Assembly: GCA_002773695.1 (NCBI GenBank)
Contig: PFAJ01000006.1
Location: 1-56,765, forward strand
Reading direction: 5' to 3'
Length of the DNA: 56,765 nucleotides
Source of the DNA: Candidatus Doudnabacteria bacterium CG10_big_fil_rev_8_21_14_0_10_41_10
GTDB taxonomy: Bacteria > Patescibacteriota > Doudnabacteria > UBA920 > 2-01-FULL-50-11
Part shown: piece after piece, positions 20,355 through 30,576 of the stretch
Layout of the letters: the number at the start of each line of letters is the position of its first letter
Numbering within the stretch: the first letter of the stretch is position 1
Made by a program: the position numbers and the translations under genes
Notes under the pieces: generated by a model
Databases searched by the model: none
What the model saw: the letters and a program-made list of their open reading frames with translations, nothing else
What the model was told of the DNA's origin: nothing

Positions 20355-21521
20355 CTAAAAAGCTGATACAATCTTTTCCGCTAACTTATCAAGACTGTGA
20401 TCCGTAACGACAATATTCCTCAAGTTCGCAGTTAAAGTTTCTTTATCTGCTTTTTTTAATTCTATTATTTGCGAGATCTTCTTTGACAGCGACGATGAAT
20501 CATTTGATTGGGTAACAACCAAATCTTCATACGATCTTAGCATTTCAAAAAAAGCTTCGTTTGAAGTGATAATCGGGCATTCACAAGCCATTGCCTCCAA
20601 AACCGCCTTGTCCAGACTTCCGGTTTGAGAAAGGTTTACACACAAATCGGCGTTCTGATAAATCTCTGGCAATCTTGAATGCGGCACCGACCCTTTAAAA
20701 CTAATATAATCCTCGAGTTGTGATTTACCGACAATTTGTTCGAGGGATTGAAGATAGTTTTTATGCTCTGTTAATCCAACTCCGCCGATTATATCCAAAT
20801 GTACGTTTTCCACTTTTCTCTCCCTCACCAAGTTTCTCACCGCAAGGATTAGGGTTTCTAAATCCTTTACAGGTGAAATACGGCCGACGCTAACTATTTT
20901 AAACTTACGAATTTCCTCATCTTCACTTGAGCCGTAAATTCCAGATGTAACGGAGGCCTTTAGGCCTCCACGTGGAAGGTGAAAGCCTTCCGCCACATTA
21001 TCCGCCAGCCGTGGGCGAGTAAACTTCTCCACATCTATTCCATGTCCGGTAATTTGAACCTTTGGTGATCTGATACGAAAACTTTTTTCTGATGCTGTCA
21101 GTACTTTGTCAGAGACGACGAGCATCAGCCGAGACCTCCAAGTAATCGCTTTATGTGTGTACCAACTGACCAATTTTTTTCGATATAGAAATGTCCAAGG
21201 CGAAACCCATAGTGCGTATTCCGGATTTTGGTGAGCAAAAACCCCATCAACCTCTTTGACTAGTTTTGCAGCTAATCTCTGAAATTTCCAGAACCTTTTC
21301 CATCGTGAATTCCCCAACTCTTTCCCAAGTGAGTAAACTTCCGCGTCTAATCCTTCCGTATTACCCTTCTCCAAACAAATAATTTTCAATTTTGCATTTT
21401 TAGTTTTCAGCTGTTCGCTTATATTTTTTGCCCACTCGTAAGAATGCCCGGCAAGCCAGTCATCTTTGTCAATTTTTCGAGTTATCATTAAAAGGTTCAT
21501 TTGTTTATGATTTTTTTCCAA
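20355..21521 (-). CDS. GT4 glycosyltransferase
   Basis: GHGID, VGRISPVK, GSLDKAVLEAMA; true start may be MNLL at 21500. Confidence 0.9.
   Translation of the reverse strand: MEKNHKQMNLLMITRKIDKDDWLAGHSYEWAKNISEQLKTKNAKLKIICLEKGNTEGLDAEVYSLGKELGNSRWKRFWKFQRLAAKLVKEVDGVFAHQNPEYALWVSPWTFLYRKKLVSWYTHKAITWRSRLMLVVSDKVLTASEKSFRIRSPKVQITGHGIDVEKFTRPRLADNVAEGFHLPRGGLKASVTSGIYGSSEDEEIRKFKIVSVGRISPVKDLETLILAVRNLVRERKVENVHLDIIGGVGLTEHKNYLQSLEQIVGKSQLEDYISFKGSVPHSRLPEIYQNADLCVNLSQTGSLDKAVLEAMACECPIITSNEAFFEMLRSYEDLVVTQSNDSSSLSKKISQIIELKKADKETLTANLRNIVVTDHSLDKLAEKIVSAF
20945..20998. repeat. 54-bp REP-like doublet in frame within the GT4 gene
   Basis: ATGTAACGGAGGCCTTTAGGCCTCC...GGAAGGTGAAAGCCTTCCGCCACAT: two hairpins within outer inverted repeats. 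Confidence 0.75.
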
Positions 21522-22573
21522 AATTCAACAACTTTTTCTACCCCTTCCTCGCTATCGTAATTCTTGATCATCTGTCGCGCGTTCACAGCTAAGTTATTTC
21601 TGAGATTTTTGTCGGTAATTAATCGTTCTAAACTATCCTCCAGTTTTATTTCGTCACCAACGTCTATCAAAATACCGCGATCATTTTTTATTAAATTCAT
21701 AGCCCCCGCGGTCTTGGTGGCTATAATGGCACACCCGGCGGCGGCGGCCTGAAGCAAGACCACGCCGTAACTTTCAGTATCAGAAGGTAAAACAAAAATA
21801 TCAGCTTGTTTAAAATATTCTGCCAGCTCCGGCAAACGCTTTCCTCCCACAAATTTAATATTTTTCGCTCCCTTTGATAAATTTTCCAACTTTTTTCTTT
21901 CGTCCCCCTCACCTACTATCGTTAAGTCAAATGGCAGTTGAATCTTTCTCGCGACCCGAATAAGCATTGCAAGATTTTTCTCCCGGGATAACCGACCTAC
22001 AAATAAAATTTTTAAAATTTCATTGTGGGGTTTTTCTTCTGTTTTGAAACCCTCAATATTTGCAGGTGTAGGTTGAATTAAAACCGGATTTTTTATACCC
22101 CAAGTAAAAAGTTTTTCTTTTGTCGTTTGATTATTGGCCTTGAATCCGTCAGCAAGATACAAAGACTTTTTTATTTCCCTAAGCAACAACCATTTAATAG
22201 GATTAAAACCAATCCACCGGCCGGAAAAAAACATTCCGTGGATTGTGACTATCCAAGGTAGGCCGTATTTTTGCTTGATTTTTTTTCCGACAGGAGCCGC
22301 GAAATCTTGTGTGACTATTAAATCGTAGAAATTTTGTGTTTGAAGATTTTTAAACACTTCGAATGCTTTTTTATAATGGGTGGTTCGAGAAGAGCGGGTC
22401 GAAAAAACACGGAAATTTTTTTTCCATTGTCTATTTTGAAATTTTTCTGACGCGAACACCAAAACATCCAAAGACCCGGCGAGATCCGCGTATTTTTGAT
22501 GACGCTCCACCACATCACCGGAAAAACCGCCTCCGAACATGCCGCGGTCTAAACTAATCATTAAAACTTTCAT
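21497..22573 (-). CDS. GT4 glycosyltransferase
   Basis: FVGRLSREK, LPS..ESYG motifs. Confidence 0.9.
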   Translation of the reverse strand: MKVLMISLDRGMFGGGFSGDVVERHQKYADLAGSLDVLVFASEKFQNRQWKKNFRVFSTRSSRTTHYKKAFEVFKNLQTQNFYDLIVTQDFAAPVGKKIKQKYGLPWIVTIHGMFFSGRWIGFNPIKWLLLREIKKSLYLADGFKANNQTTKEKLFTWGIKNPVLIQPTPANIEGFKTEEKPHNEILKILFVGRLSREKNLAMLIRVARKIQLPFDLTIVGEGDERKKLENLSKGAKNIKFVGGKRLPELAEYFKQADIFVLPSDTESYGVVLLQAAAAGCAIIATKTAGAMNLIKNDRGILIDVGDEIKLEDSLERLITDKNLRNNLAVNARQMIKNYDSEEGVEKVVEFWKKIINK

Positions 22574-24834
22574 AAAATATTCTCGAAAACTTTAATATGC
22601 TCCGTTACCACGCTGTCCCATGTCTGTTTATATTTCAAGCGCCGAAGCTTGCTTTCATATTTTTGATAATTCTTTTTATCCAAAAAAAACTCCAGCTTCT
22701 CAAATAACTCTGACTCGCTCAATGGGTTAAATAATTGCAGTTCATCTTTAACTTCTCTAGGCAGCCCGTTTTCTTTGGTTAAAAGCACGGGAGTTCCCAC
22801 ACTTAATGCTTCTAAAGCGACGTTTGGATTCAGCTCTGTTAATGTAGGGATAACGACCAAAGAATTTTTTTGCATTATTTCAAATACTCGCACTCTGGGA
22901 ACGGCTTTTTTGAATTGAACCCGGTCTCTTAGAGAAAGTTTTTCAACCAATCTTTCCAGCCGGATCCTTCCCGGTCCCTCTCCCACTAATACCAATTTCT
23001 TTTTTGTTTTTAGACGTCCAAAAGCTTTGATTAAAACTTTTAGATTTTTCACTTTAATAAATCTTCCAAAGTAAACTATGTCACCATCAAAAACAGCCCG
23101 ACTGGTTTTCGCTTTTTTACTTATGGGATTAAAAACAATTTTTTGAAAGTTTATATTTTTTCCAAACACCTGGTTGTACAACTCCGGTTGGTAAGAATTG
23201 TTAAAAATAATCAATTCAGCCCTCTTTAGGACAAACCGATAGATCGCCAGATACAGCTTCTCAACAAAACTTTTTGGTAAAGTGTAATATTCTTTTAAAG
23301 TACAATTGACCTTGCCACGTTCAACCATTTGTTCCCACAAAAAATCCCCGCCTAATCTGATTATTAATTTCTTTCCTGAAAATAAACTCACCAGAGCGGC
23401 AGGGAAACCAGAACTAACAAGATCTTGGGCGTAAATTAGATCAGATTTTTTTACTGTTTTTCGTAAAGCTAAAAAATATTTTAAATACCGAAGCAGGAAA
23501 CCGCCCGACCTTGACACCAACTGAACCGGAAAAGGATTTCTTTCAATGCTACCGGTCTTACCATAAGCCAAAACCGAAACCTGAAAACCTTTAAGAGTCA
23601 AGCCTCCGGCGATTTTTTTGACAAAAGTTGCCATCCCTCCGATTTCTGGAGAATAAGTCCCGGAAGCGAATACTATTTTTGGTTTTTCGTCAGCTATCAA
23701 CTCAGTAAAAACTCCTTTCATGTGAAGCGCGATCAACCCCCAGGAATATCTTTCACGAACCAATTTTCTACTCTGAAAAATTATTTTATTACGGAGCTCG
23801 TCGTTTTCTGAAAGTTTTCGAATCTTACTCGCCAAATCTTCCGGGTCATCGACTTTACAAAATAATCCGGTCTCTCCGTCTTTTAAAAAGTCTGGGATAC
23901 CACCCTGTTTAGTTCCTACAACCGGCACCCCCACGGCCATCGCTTCCAAAAATGAATTACCCAGACCCTCTGATCGAGAGGGACGAGAAAACACCGAGGA
24001 GATGGCTAAATATTCAAAAAGTTCACTTTGAGGGACTTGGCCTAAAAATAATACCTGCTCTTCAATATCCAATTCTTCAGCAAGATTTTTCAACTGTTCT
24101 TCTTGGACTCCTGTCCCCGCAACCAACAAAACATAAGAAGGTCCTAAAAATTTTAAAGATCGTATCAAAATATCCACGGCATTTTTGGTAACCAGTCGAG
24201 AGGAAGTCATTATGACTTTATCTGAATCTAAAAGATTTAAAAATTTTCTGGTCTTTTCTCGATCTCTTTCGTTTGAGATCTTGTCAAAGTTTGCAAGCGC
24301 CACTCCGTTTGGAATAATCGCGATTTTTTGTCTCGCTCCCTGCTTGACTGCGTAATCAGCCAAATACGCGCTGATTGCCTGGATATAATTGGCTTTTTTT
24401 AACATCCTTCTCCACCAAAAACCAAGTAAGCCCAACTTGCCTCGCTTTAGGTGTCTTTCCGAGTCTCCTTCTTGCAAGGTTAACAAAAACGGTAAATTGG
24501 GTTTTAATATTTTGAGTAAATAAGCGCCGATCGAAGCATAAGACACCATCATTCCCCAAAGTAAATCAACTTTTTCATGTTTAAAAATTTCTCGACCCTT
24601 AAGATACGCTAAAAAAGGGAACAAAAAAAACCGATCCAACTTTGTTCCGTAACCCAGACGATGGACCTTGACTCCATCAATCATTTCGGTCTCCGGATGT
24701 TCTTTGTTAAAACGATAGGTTATTAAAGTAAAATTGAAATCCGCAGAAAGCCGCTTGGTAATTTCCGTAAGCGCAACCTCGGCGCCACCCACAAAAGGCA
24801 AATACGCGGATGAGAAAATTAAAATATTTTTCAT
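22570..24834 (-). CDS. Tandem GT4-GT4 fusion glycosyltransferase
   Basis: Two GT-B units (GGAE...EGLGNSFLEAMA; GGMA...ELNPNVALEAL); start set at MKNIL because upstream codons fall in a REP. Confidence 0.88.
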   Translation of the reverse strand: MKNILIFSSAYLPFVGGAEVALTEITKRLSADFNFTLITYRFNKEHPETEMIDGVKVHRLGYGTKLDRFFLFPFLAYLKGREIFKHEKVDLLWGMMVSYASIGAYLLKILKPNLPFLLTLQEGDSERHLKRGKLGLLGFWWRRMLKKANYIQAISAYLADYAVKQGARQKIAIIPNGVALANFDKISNERDREKTRKFLNLLDSDKVIMTSSRLVTKNAVDILIRSLKFLGPSYVLLVAGTGVQEEQLKNLAEELDIEEQVLFLGQVPQSELFEYLAISSVFSRPSRSEGLGNSFLEAMAVGVPVVGTKQGGIPDFLKDGETGLFCKVDDPEDLASKIRKLSENDELRNKIIFQSRKLVRERYSWGLIALHMKGVFTELIADEKPKIVFASGTYSPEIGGMATFVKKIAGGLTLKGFQVSVLAYGKTGSIERNPFPVQLVSRSGGFLLRYLKYFLALRKTVKKSDLIYAQDLVSSGFPAALVSLFSGKKLIIRLGGDFLWEQMVERGKVNCTLKEYYTLPKSFVEKLYLAIYRFVLKRAELIIFNNSYQPELYNQVFGKNINFQKIVFNPISKKAKTSRAVFDGDIVYFGRFIKVKNLKVLIKAFGRLKTKKKLVLVGEGPGRIRLERLVEKLSLRDRVQFKKAVPRVRVFEIMQKNSLVVIPTLTELNPNVALEALSVGTPVLLTKENGLPREVKDELQLFNPLSESELFEKLEFFLDKKNYQKYESKLRRLKYKQTWDSVVTEHIKVFENIL

Positions 24835-24835
24835 A

Positions 24836-24901
24836 TGTAGTTGCCCCATTCATGGGGCCTTGTAAGCCATCGAATTAGCCCGATAAAATCGGGCAACTAC
24901 A
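24836..24901. repeat. GTAG-type REP doublet
   Basis: TGTAGTTGCCCCATTCATGGGGC...GCCCGATAAAATCGGGCAACTACA. Confidence 0.8.
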
Positions 24902-24960
24902 GCAAACGTGCGTTTTAAAAACTTTTGAATAGCATTATTATAGCTTTTTTTGCCCAAAAG

Positions 24961-24982
24961 AAAAAGCCCGGAAAAACCGGGC
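24961..24982 (-). terminator. Rho-independent terminator
   Basis: GCCCGG-TTTTT-CCGGGC followed by TTTTT on the minus strand, after the epimerase gene. Confidence 0.75.
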
Positions 24983-25008
24983 CTACAACAGTGAAACTAT
25001 CAGCGAAA

Positions 25009-25983
25009 TTACATATCAGCCAAACCAAGCTCGTCTGAATAAGTTTTGTACCAGCTAACGAAACGATCCACGCCCTCGGCGATACTGATTTTTGGGTTAA
25101 AGCCTAACATTTTTTTAGCTTTGGAAATATCCGCGGAGGTTGCGACTACGTCGCCTTGCTGCATTGGTAAATTGTTCTTTTGCGCCTTTACGCCCAAACT
25201 CTTTTCTAACGCCTCAACATAAGTCCCCAGTTTCTGAGTTTCTCCCCGCCCTAAATTAAAAATCTCGTATGGATAATTTTTTTCTATGGAAGCAACCACT
25301 CCGTCTACAATATCATCAATATACGTAAAATCTCGAGACATCTCTCCAGAATTAAACATTTTAATCGGCTGATTTTTTGTGATGCTTTTTATAAATAAAA
25401 ATAATGCCATATCCGGCCGCCCCCAAGGACCATAAACTGTAAAAAATCTAAGCCCGGTACAATGAATACCGTACAAATGATGATAGGTGTGCGCTAAAAG
25501 TTCATTGTATCTTTTCGAAGCCGCGTAAATACTAATCGGGGTGTCAACCTTTGCTTCTTCAGAAAATGGCAACTGTTTATTCAGGCCGTAAATACTGCTT
25601 GAACTTGCGTATATAAAATTATTAACTTTATATTTTTTACAAAGTTCCAATAAATTTAAAGTTCCCAAATTATTAGATCGTTCGTAGACAAAAGGATCTT
25701 TCAAGGAATGTCTAACCCCAGCCTGTGCCGCCAGGTGACAAATCTTATCAAGCTTATGTTTCTCAAAAATTGCCTCCATTGCTGGATAATCCGCAATATC
25801 AACTTGGTAAAACGTGAATTTTAATCTTTCAAGTAAATTATCAAGACGGGATTGTTTAAGTTTGACGCTATAATAGTCGTTTAAATTATCGACGATTACA
25901 ACCTCATCCCCTTTTTCAAGAAGTTTTTTTGCTACATGTGAACCAATAAACCCCGCTCCACCTGTAACTAATATTTTACTCAT
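25009..25983 (-). CDS. UDP-glucuronate 4-epimerase-like NAD-dependent epimerase
   Basis: TGGAGFIG, HLAAQAGVR, YAASK, RFFTVYGPWGRPDMA. Confidence 0.92.
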   Translation of the reverse strand: MSKILVTGGAGFIGSHVAKKLLEKGDEVVIVDNLNDYYSVKLKQSRLDNLLERLKFTFYQVDIADYPAMEAIFEKHKLDKICHLAAQAGVRHSLKDPFVYERSNNLGTLNLLELCKKYKVNNFIYASSSSIYGLNKQLPFSEEAKVDTPISIYAASKRYNELLAHTYHHLYGIHCTGLRFFTVYGPWGRPDMALFLFIKSITKNQPIKMFNSGEMSRDFTYIDDIVDGVVASIEKNYPYEIFNLGRGETQKLGTYVEALEKSLGVKAQKNNLPMQQGDVVATSADISKAKKMLGFNPKISIAEGVDRFVSWYKTYSDELGLADM

Positions 25984-26789
25984 AATCCCTTGTCAACTCC
26001 ACCGGTTAGTTCTTTATTTATTTCTTCAGCGGCTTTTAATAATTTCATGTCGACTCCCAATTTGTCCGCATAGGCAATAATCGCTCTCACATCTTTTGGC
26101 AGGCACTTTCCGCCGTAACCGCGATATCCGTCGTGATCCACTTTCAAATGGGAGGTTCCGGTCATCCTGCGGTCGGCGCTGGCACATTCCATAACCCGGT
26201 TATAGTCCACCCCGATTTTTTGACAAACATCATAAAACTGGTTGGCAAAAGTCACCTTGACCGCAAACCATGTGTTGTTGAAATATTTTACTGTTTCGGC
26301 GTCAATCGCCGGAATAATCCGTTCAAACGGAGCAAGTGGTAAAAATTTCAAAATATCTCCCGCAATATTATAACTTTCTTTGGTAAACCCAAGTATTTGA
26401 CGATCCGGAAACTGAAAATCCTGCACCGCCGTTCTCTCGGTTAAAAATTCCGGATTGAATAAAATCCTCAAATCGGAATACTGCTTCTGGTACTTGTCGG
26501 TTGTTCCTGGAATTATCGTGGATTTGATAATCACCGGCTTTCCTTTTTCCGCCTTGGCAGCATTGGCCATTGCGTCATCCATTGCTTCAAGATCAATCCC
26601 CATATTCTCCTTATGAGGAGTTGGAACGGCAATAATGATATAATCTTGTTGTATGACATCTTCTACTGGATCACTGTCTTTAAATTTATCGTAAACTTTT
26701 ACTTCGTGTCCATTGTTTTTATAGTAATTAGCAATAGCACTTCCCACAAATCCACCACCAATGATACCGAGAGATTTCTTTTTCATCAC
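25980..26789 (-). CDS. UDP-glucose/GDP-mannose dehydrogenase family, short form
   Basis: GGGFVG, AVPTP, KST, NPEFL, GYGGKCLPKD; no C-terminal UDP-binding domain. Confidence 0.88.
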   Translation of the reverse strand: MMKKKSLGIIGGGFVGSAIANYYKNNGHEVKVYDKFKDSDPVEDVIQQDYIIIAVPTPHKENMGIDLEAMDDAMANAAKAEKGKPVIIKSTIIPGTTDKYQKQYSDLRILFNPEFLTERTAVQDFQFPDRQILGFTKESYNIAGDILKFLPLAPFERIIPAIDAETVKYFNNTWFAVKVTFANQFYDVCQKIGVDYNRVMECASADRRMTGTSHLKVDHDGYRGYGGKCLPKDVRAIIAYADKLGVDMKLLKAAEEINKELTGGVDKGL

Positions 26790-26843
26790 TTTTATATCTA
26801 ATTCTTAGTTGATTAATTGTTGTATGATAAGTATTATAACGTT

Positions 26844-27977
26844 ATGAATACAAGCGGTCAACAAATCAAAATCCTATATATTGTCACCCAAGGCAACTGG
26901 GGAGGGGCGCAAAAGTATGTTTTTGATATGAGCAAATCGGTTAGCGTAGATTATTCAGTTGTAGTTGCTTCTGGTATTGAAAACGATACTTTGGGTAAAA
27001 AAATTACAGACCAAGGAATAAAATACGTCGGATTAAAACATTTAGTCAGAAATATTAATCCTATAAAAGATTTTAAAGCAATAAAAGAAATCGCCAATCT
27101 AATAAAAAAAGAAAGACCAGATGTCGTCCATCTAAACAGCTCCAAAGCGGGAGTCTTGGGTAGTATTGCGGCACAATCAGCAGATGTCAAAAAAGTAATA
27201 TTCACAATGCACGGATTAGTGCTCAACGAACCGCTTAATCCTGTTAAAAAATTAATATATTTAATTGCGGAACGATTATCTGCCCGTTTTACTGACGAAT
27301 TGATAGCGGTTTCGGAAAAAGATAAACAATCAGCGATTAAATATGCGGTAAAATCCGCAAAACATATTTCCGTCATCCATATTGGAATCGGTTTAAAATC
27401 TCTTGAATTTTTTCCAAAAGATAAAGCGCGACTTGAACTTGGTCTTGATCCTAATAAAACAATTGTCGGCACAATCGCCGACTTTTATCCGGCCAAAGGT
27501 TTACCATATTTGATTGATGCGGCAAAGAAGCTGATTGCGGAAAAACCTGACTTACAATTCGTGCTGATTGGAAGATCAGGACCGGACAAGAAAAAGATTA
27601 AACTGCTCGCGGAAAAACTCGGCGACAAATTTATTATTCGAGAAAATCTTGACCAAGCTTCCCAATATTTGAAAGCTTTCGATATTTTTGTCTTGCCAAG
27701 TGTCAAAGAAGGACTACCTTATACCATCCTGGAGGCTATGGCAGCTGGTTTACCGATTGTGGCCACCAAAGTCAGCGGTGTGCCGGATGTTTTGGAACAC
27801 GAGCGATCAGCTTTACTGGTAGAACCTGCGAATTCAGACAAACTAGTCGATTCTATTCATCTTCTGCTCTCTTCTGAACAACTTATAAACACTCTTTCCA
27901 CAAACGCAAAAAACCGGGTTGCCGACTTCAGCTTAGATAAAATGGTTGCGGAAACGAAAAATATATACCATCCCTAG
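26844..27977 (+). CDS. GT4 glycosyltransferase
   Basis: GGAQ, HLNSSKAG, EGLPYTILEAMA; start set at ATG 26844. Confidence 0.9.
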   Translation: MNTSGQQIKILYIVTQGNWGGAQKYVFDMSKSVSVDYSVVVASGIENDTLGKKITDQGIKYVGLKHLVRNINPIKDFKAIKEIANLIKKERPDVVHLNSSKAGVLGSIAAQSADVKKVIFTMHGLVLNEPLNPVKKLIYLIAERLSARFTDELIAVSEKDKQSAIKYAVKSAKHISVIHIGIGLKSLEFFPKDKARLELGLDPNKTIVGTIADFYPAKGLPYLIDAAKKLIAEKPDLQFVLIGRSGPDKKKIKLLAEKLGDKFIIRENLDQASQYLKAFDIFVLPSVKEGLPYTILEAMAAGLPIVATKVSGVPDVLEHERSALLVEPANSDKLVDSIHLLLSSEQLINTLSTNAKNRVADFSLDKMVAETKNIYHP

Positions 27978-28032
27978 CGGGCACTAAAAAACACCTTGAG
28001 TTCATCGAAAGGTATTTTGTGTTTACTAGATT

Positions 28033-30327
28033 TTATTTCAAAGGATTCTTTTCGTAAAAACCAGAATTGACGTTTTCAATAAAAGCTTCAGCTTCGGCAA
28101 TATAATTTCCACCAAATCCTTTAATAACATCCGCGATTGCGATCGCTTCTGCCCGTTCACCCCTATAAGCGTACGACAGCGCGAAATCGATCCATGCATC
28201 AACATTGTCTGGTTCGACTTTTGTCAATTCTTCGGTAAAAAATGAAATCCAATCGAAATCCCTGGCGGTTTTGGCTAGTCCCAACATCCTGGTTAAATGC
28301 TTTGCCTGTTTGTAATTTGCGCCGGCAATTTCCATTTCATCGATCAAATCTGCAATTTCGCCATTCCTTCCTTGCATGAAATACAGCCTTACCAGATTAA
28401 TATAAGACTCAACCACCTCGGAGTTTAACTCAATAGTCTTTAGAAAAAACTCTTCTGCCAGTTTTGCGGAATCCTCGGCCTGCTTTGCGTCTCCCGCTTC
28501 TTTGTAATCTTCATATAGATAAAGATAAGAATAACCGGCTTCTTGAGGACCATGCGGTCTGGTCGGAGTCAGCTCTTGCAGTTTTGGGATGTAACTCAAA
28601 GCTCTCTCGATCCGAATTTTTTCCTCGCCAGGAACCGCGTCGCGGGTAGTATTGTAAAACCGCGCGGCCAAAAGATAATTTTTAGCATCATCCGGCTTTT
28701 CAGAAATCAATTTTTCCAGTTGTTCCTCGGCATAAGTTACGATAGTAAAAACTTCCGGATTAATAGGTCCTTGCTCGCCTAGCTGCGTCCCGATAAAATC
28801 TATAAACTGGATTCGGTATTCGTTTTGGCCGTAGTTTTCTTTTTCCAAGACATCTTTAAACCGATCAAAGATTACATAAAAATTATCTTCCACCGGGTTT
28901 GATCGCAGGGCAACAGCGGCGGCCAAGTTTATTTTGGCAGGCTCCAAGGTTCCCTTCCACATTATCGGCCCTAGAAGCAGCAAGTACACAGCCAGCGCCC
29001 CCAGCCATAACTTCTTCGAGGTTAGTATTTTTGGCACATCGAATTTTGGTAAAAAATTACTTGCCATAAACGCCCAAGCAAAAAACAGGAAAACATAAGT
29101 CCCGATGCTTTCAAAAACAAATAAATCCTGGACAAAGTATGCCGCCGCAAGGGAGATAAAAATGATTGCCGGAACCTGCTTTTCTTCGTTCCCTCGCAGA
29201 CGCTTGAGCATATAGTACGCGGGATAAAAAATAAATCCAAGATATAAAAGCAATCCGACTATGCCGGTAGTTACCGCTCTATCAACAACTACATTGTGCG
29301 CGCGGTCAAACCAAACCACAGATCCTTCATCTTTATAAATAATCGGCGGAAAATTTTTATTAAAAACAATATTATAATTTTCTAAACCATAACCAAAAAT
29401 CGGCTTATCCTTCCAACCTTCTATTCCCGCCCTCCAGGCCGCGATACGCGTCTCGGTTGTTCTGTCAGTAAAACTAAAAACAGTGAGCTTGTTTAGCATT
29501 GGTGAATTTTTTACAAACGGTCGATCGCGGAAAACAATCAATAACCCGACTGCGGCCACCACTAATATAATAGCCCCGAGGGCAGATTTTCTAATTATTG
29601 GAATATGCCGCTTTGTCCAAACCAAGAGCAGGCTGGAAAACACTATTGATCCGACCAAGGCCACCAAAGCGCCTCTGGTTTGGGTGGCAAAAATCACCCA
29701 AATAAAAAGCGCCGCAAGCGTGCCGTAATAGATTCTCGCGATTTTAGAATTTCTTTTCCAAAAAAGATACGCGGCAAACGCTATCTGAAACAATATATAA
29801 CCGGCCAAAAAAGACGCGTTCCCAAATGTCGCGTCCGCGCGGTCCCCGGAAGTAGCCAGCACCGACTCAAGTTTCAATGATTGCGCGACCGCGAACAAAG
29901 AAACCAACAACGCTACAACTAAAGATATATCAAAAAATCTCGCCCAAGTTTTTTCCGTTTTTATAACCGACGTTAAAATAACAAAAAAAGCTGCTAAATG
30001 CAGTAGTAAAAACAATCCATCACTTCGTTCCATATCGCCCCAAAAACTGCCATAAAAATTGACCCCTAAAAAGGACGATATAAAAGCTCCAATGATAAAT
30101 AATCCTAAAATTATCGTTAAGATGTTTCTTTTGGGACGATACTGCTCATCGACTAGCGCCAAATACAAAAAGGCCAATAACATTATCTCGACAACTATCC
30201 GGAAAAGAAAAGCTTTGGTGGCAATAAATGGAAAAAAGAAACTATTGTTAACGAAAAGGGGGGCGGCAAGTGCCAGCGCGGCGCCCGCATAAATAATCCA
30301 AAGAGAAATTTTTTTTAGTGTTTGCAT
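28033..30327 (-). CDS. O-antigen ligase / oligosaccharyltransferase family protein with C-terminal TPR-like region
   Basis: R..ATFGN, TQTRGA, GYG.EN, FDRAHN (Wzy_C-type) motifs; helical repeats at the C-terminus; start set at MQTL. Confidence 0.85.
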   Translation of the reverse strand: MQTLKKISLWIIYAGAALALAAPLFVNNSFFFPFIATKAFLFRIVVEIMLLAFLYLALVDEQYRPKRNILTIILGLFIIGAFISSFLGVNFYGSFWGDMERSDGLFLLLHLAAFFVILTSVIKTEKTWARFFDISLVVALLVSLFAVAQSLKLESVLATSGDRADATFGNASFLAGYILFQIAFAAYLFWKRNSKIARIYYGTLAALFIWVIFATQTRGALVALVGSIVFSSLLLVWTKRHIPIIRKSALGAIILVVAAVGLLIVFRDRPFVKNSPMLNKLTVFSFTDRTTETRIAAWRAGIEGWKDKPIFGYGLENYNIVFNKNFPPIIYKDEGSVVWFDRAHNVVVDRAVTTGIVGLLLYLGFIFYPAYYMLKRLRGNEEKQVPAIIFISLAAAYFVQDLFVFESIGTYVFLFFAWAFMASNFLPKFDVPKILTSKKLWLGALAVYLLLLGPIMWKGTLEPAKINLAAAVALRSNPVEDNFYVIFDRFKDVLEKENYGQNEYRIQFIDFIGTQLGEQGPINPEVFTIVTYAEEQLEKLISEKPDDAKNYLLAARFYNTTRDAVPGEEKIRIERALSYIPKLQELTPTRPHGPQEAGYSYLYLYEDYKEAGDAKQAEDSAKLAEEFFLKTIELNSEVVESYINLVRLYFMQGRNGEIADLIDEMEIAGANYKQAKHLTRMLGLAKTARDFDWISFFTEELTKVEPDNVDAWIDFALSYAYRGERAEAIAIADVIKGFGGNYIAEAEAFIENVNSGFYEKNPLK

Positions 30328-30465
30328 GATGATCTTGGCTAAAAATCCAGATGTCAAAATCCCCACCTGCCTAAGCCTGTTATATCAGGTAAGACATGTT
30401 AAGAATAAATGAGTTGAAATAAAGGATTTGTAGGAATATCATATGGCGGCAAATGGCGGGCAGGC

Positions 30466-30568
30466 AAATTACAAATCAATGATTAAAGCTCAAAATCCAA
30501 AATAATAATTCTTTTGTCATTTGGATTTTAGGACTTGATTTGACATTTGATATTTAGATTTTGGATTT
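30466..30568. repeat. AT-rich imperfect inverted repeat built from short units (AAATCCAAA / TTTGGATTT)
   Basis: Purine-rich arm followed by a complementary arm with repeated ATTTG(G/A) units. Confidence 0.55.
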
Positions 30569-30576
30569 CTTTCTTC

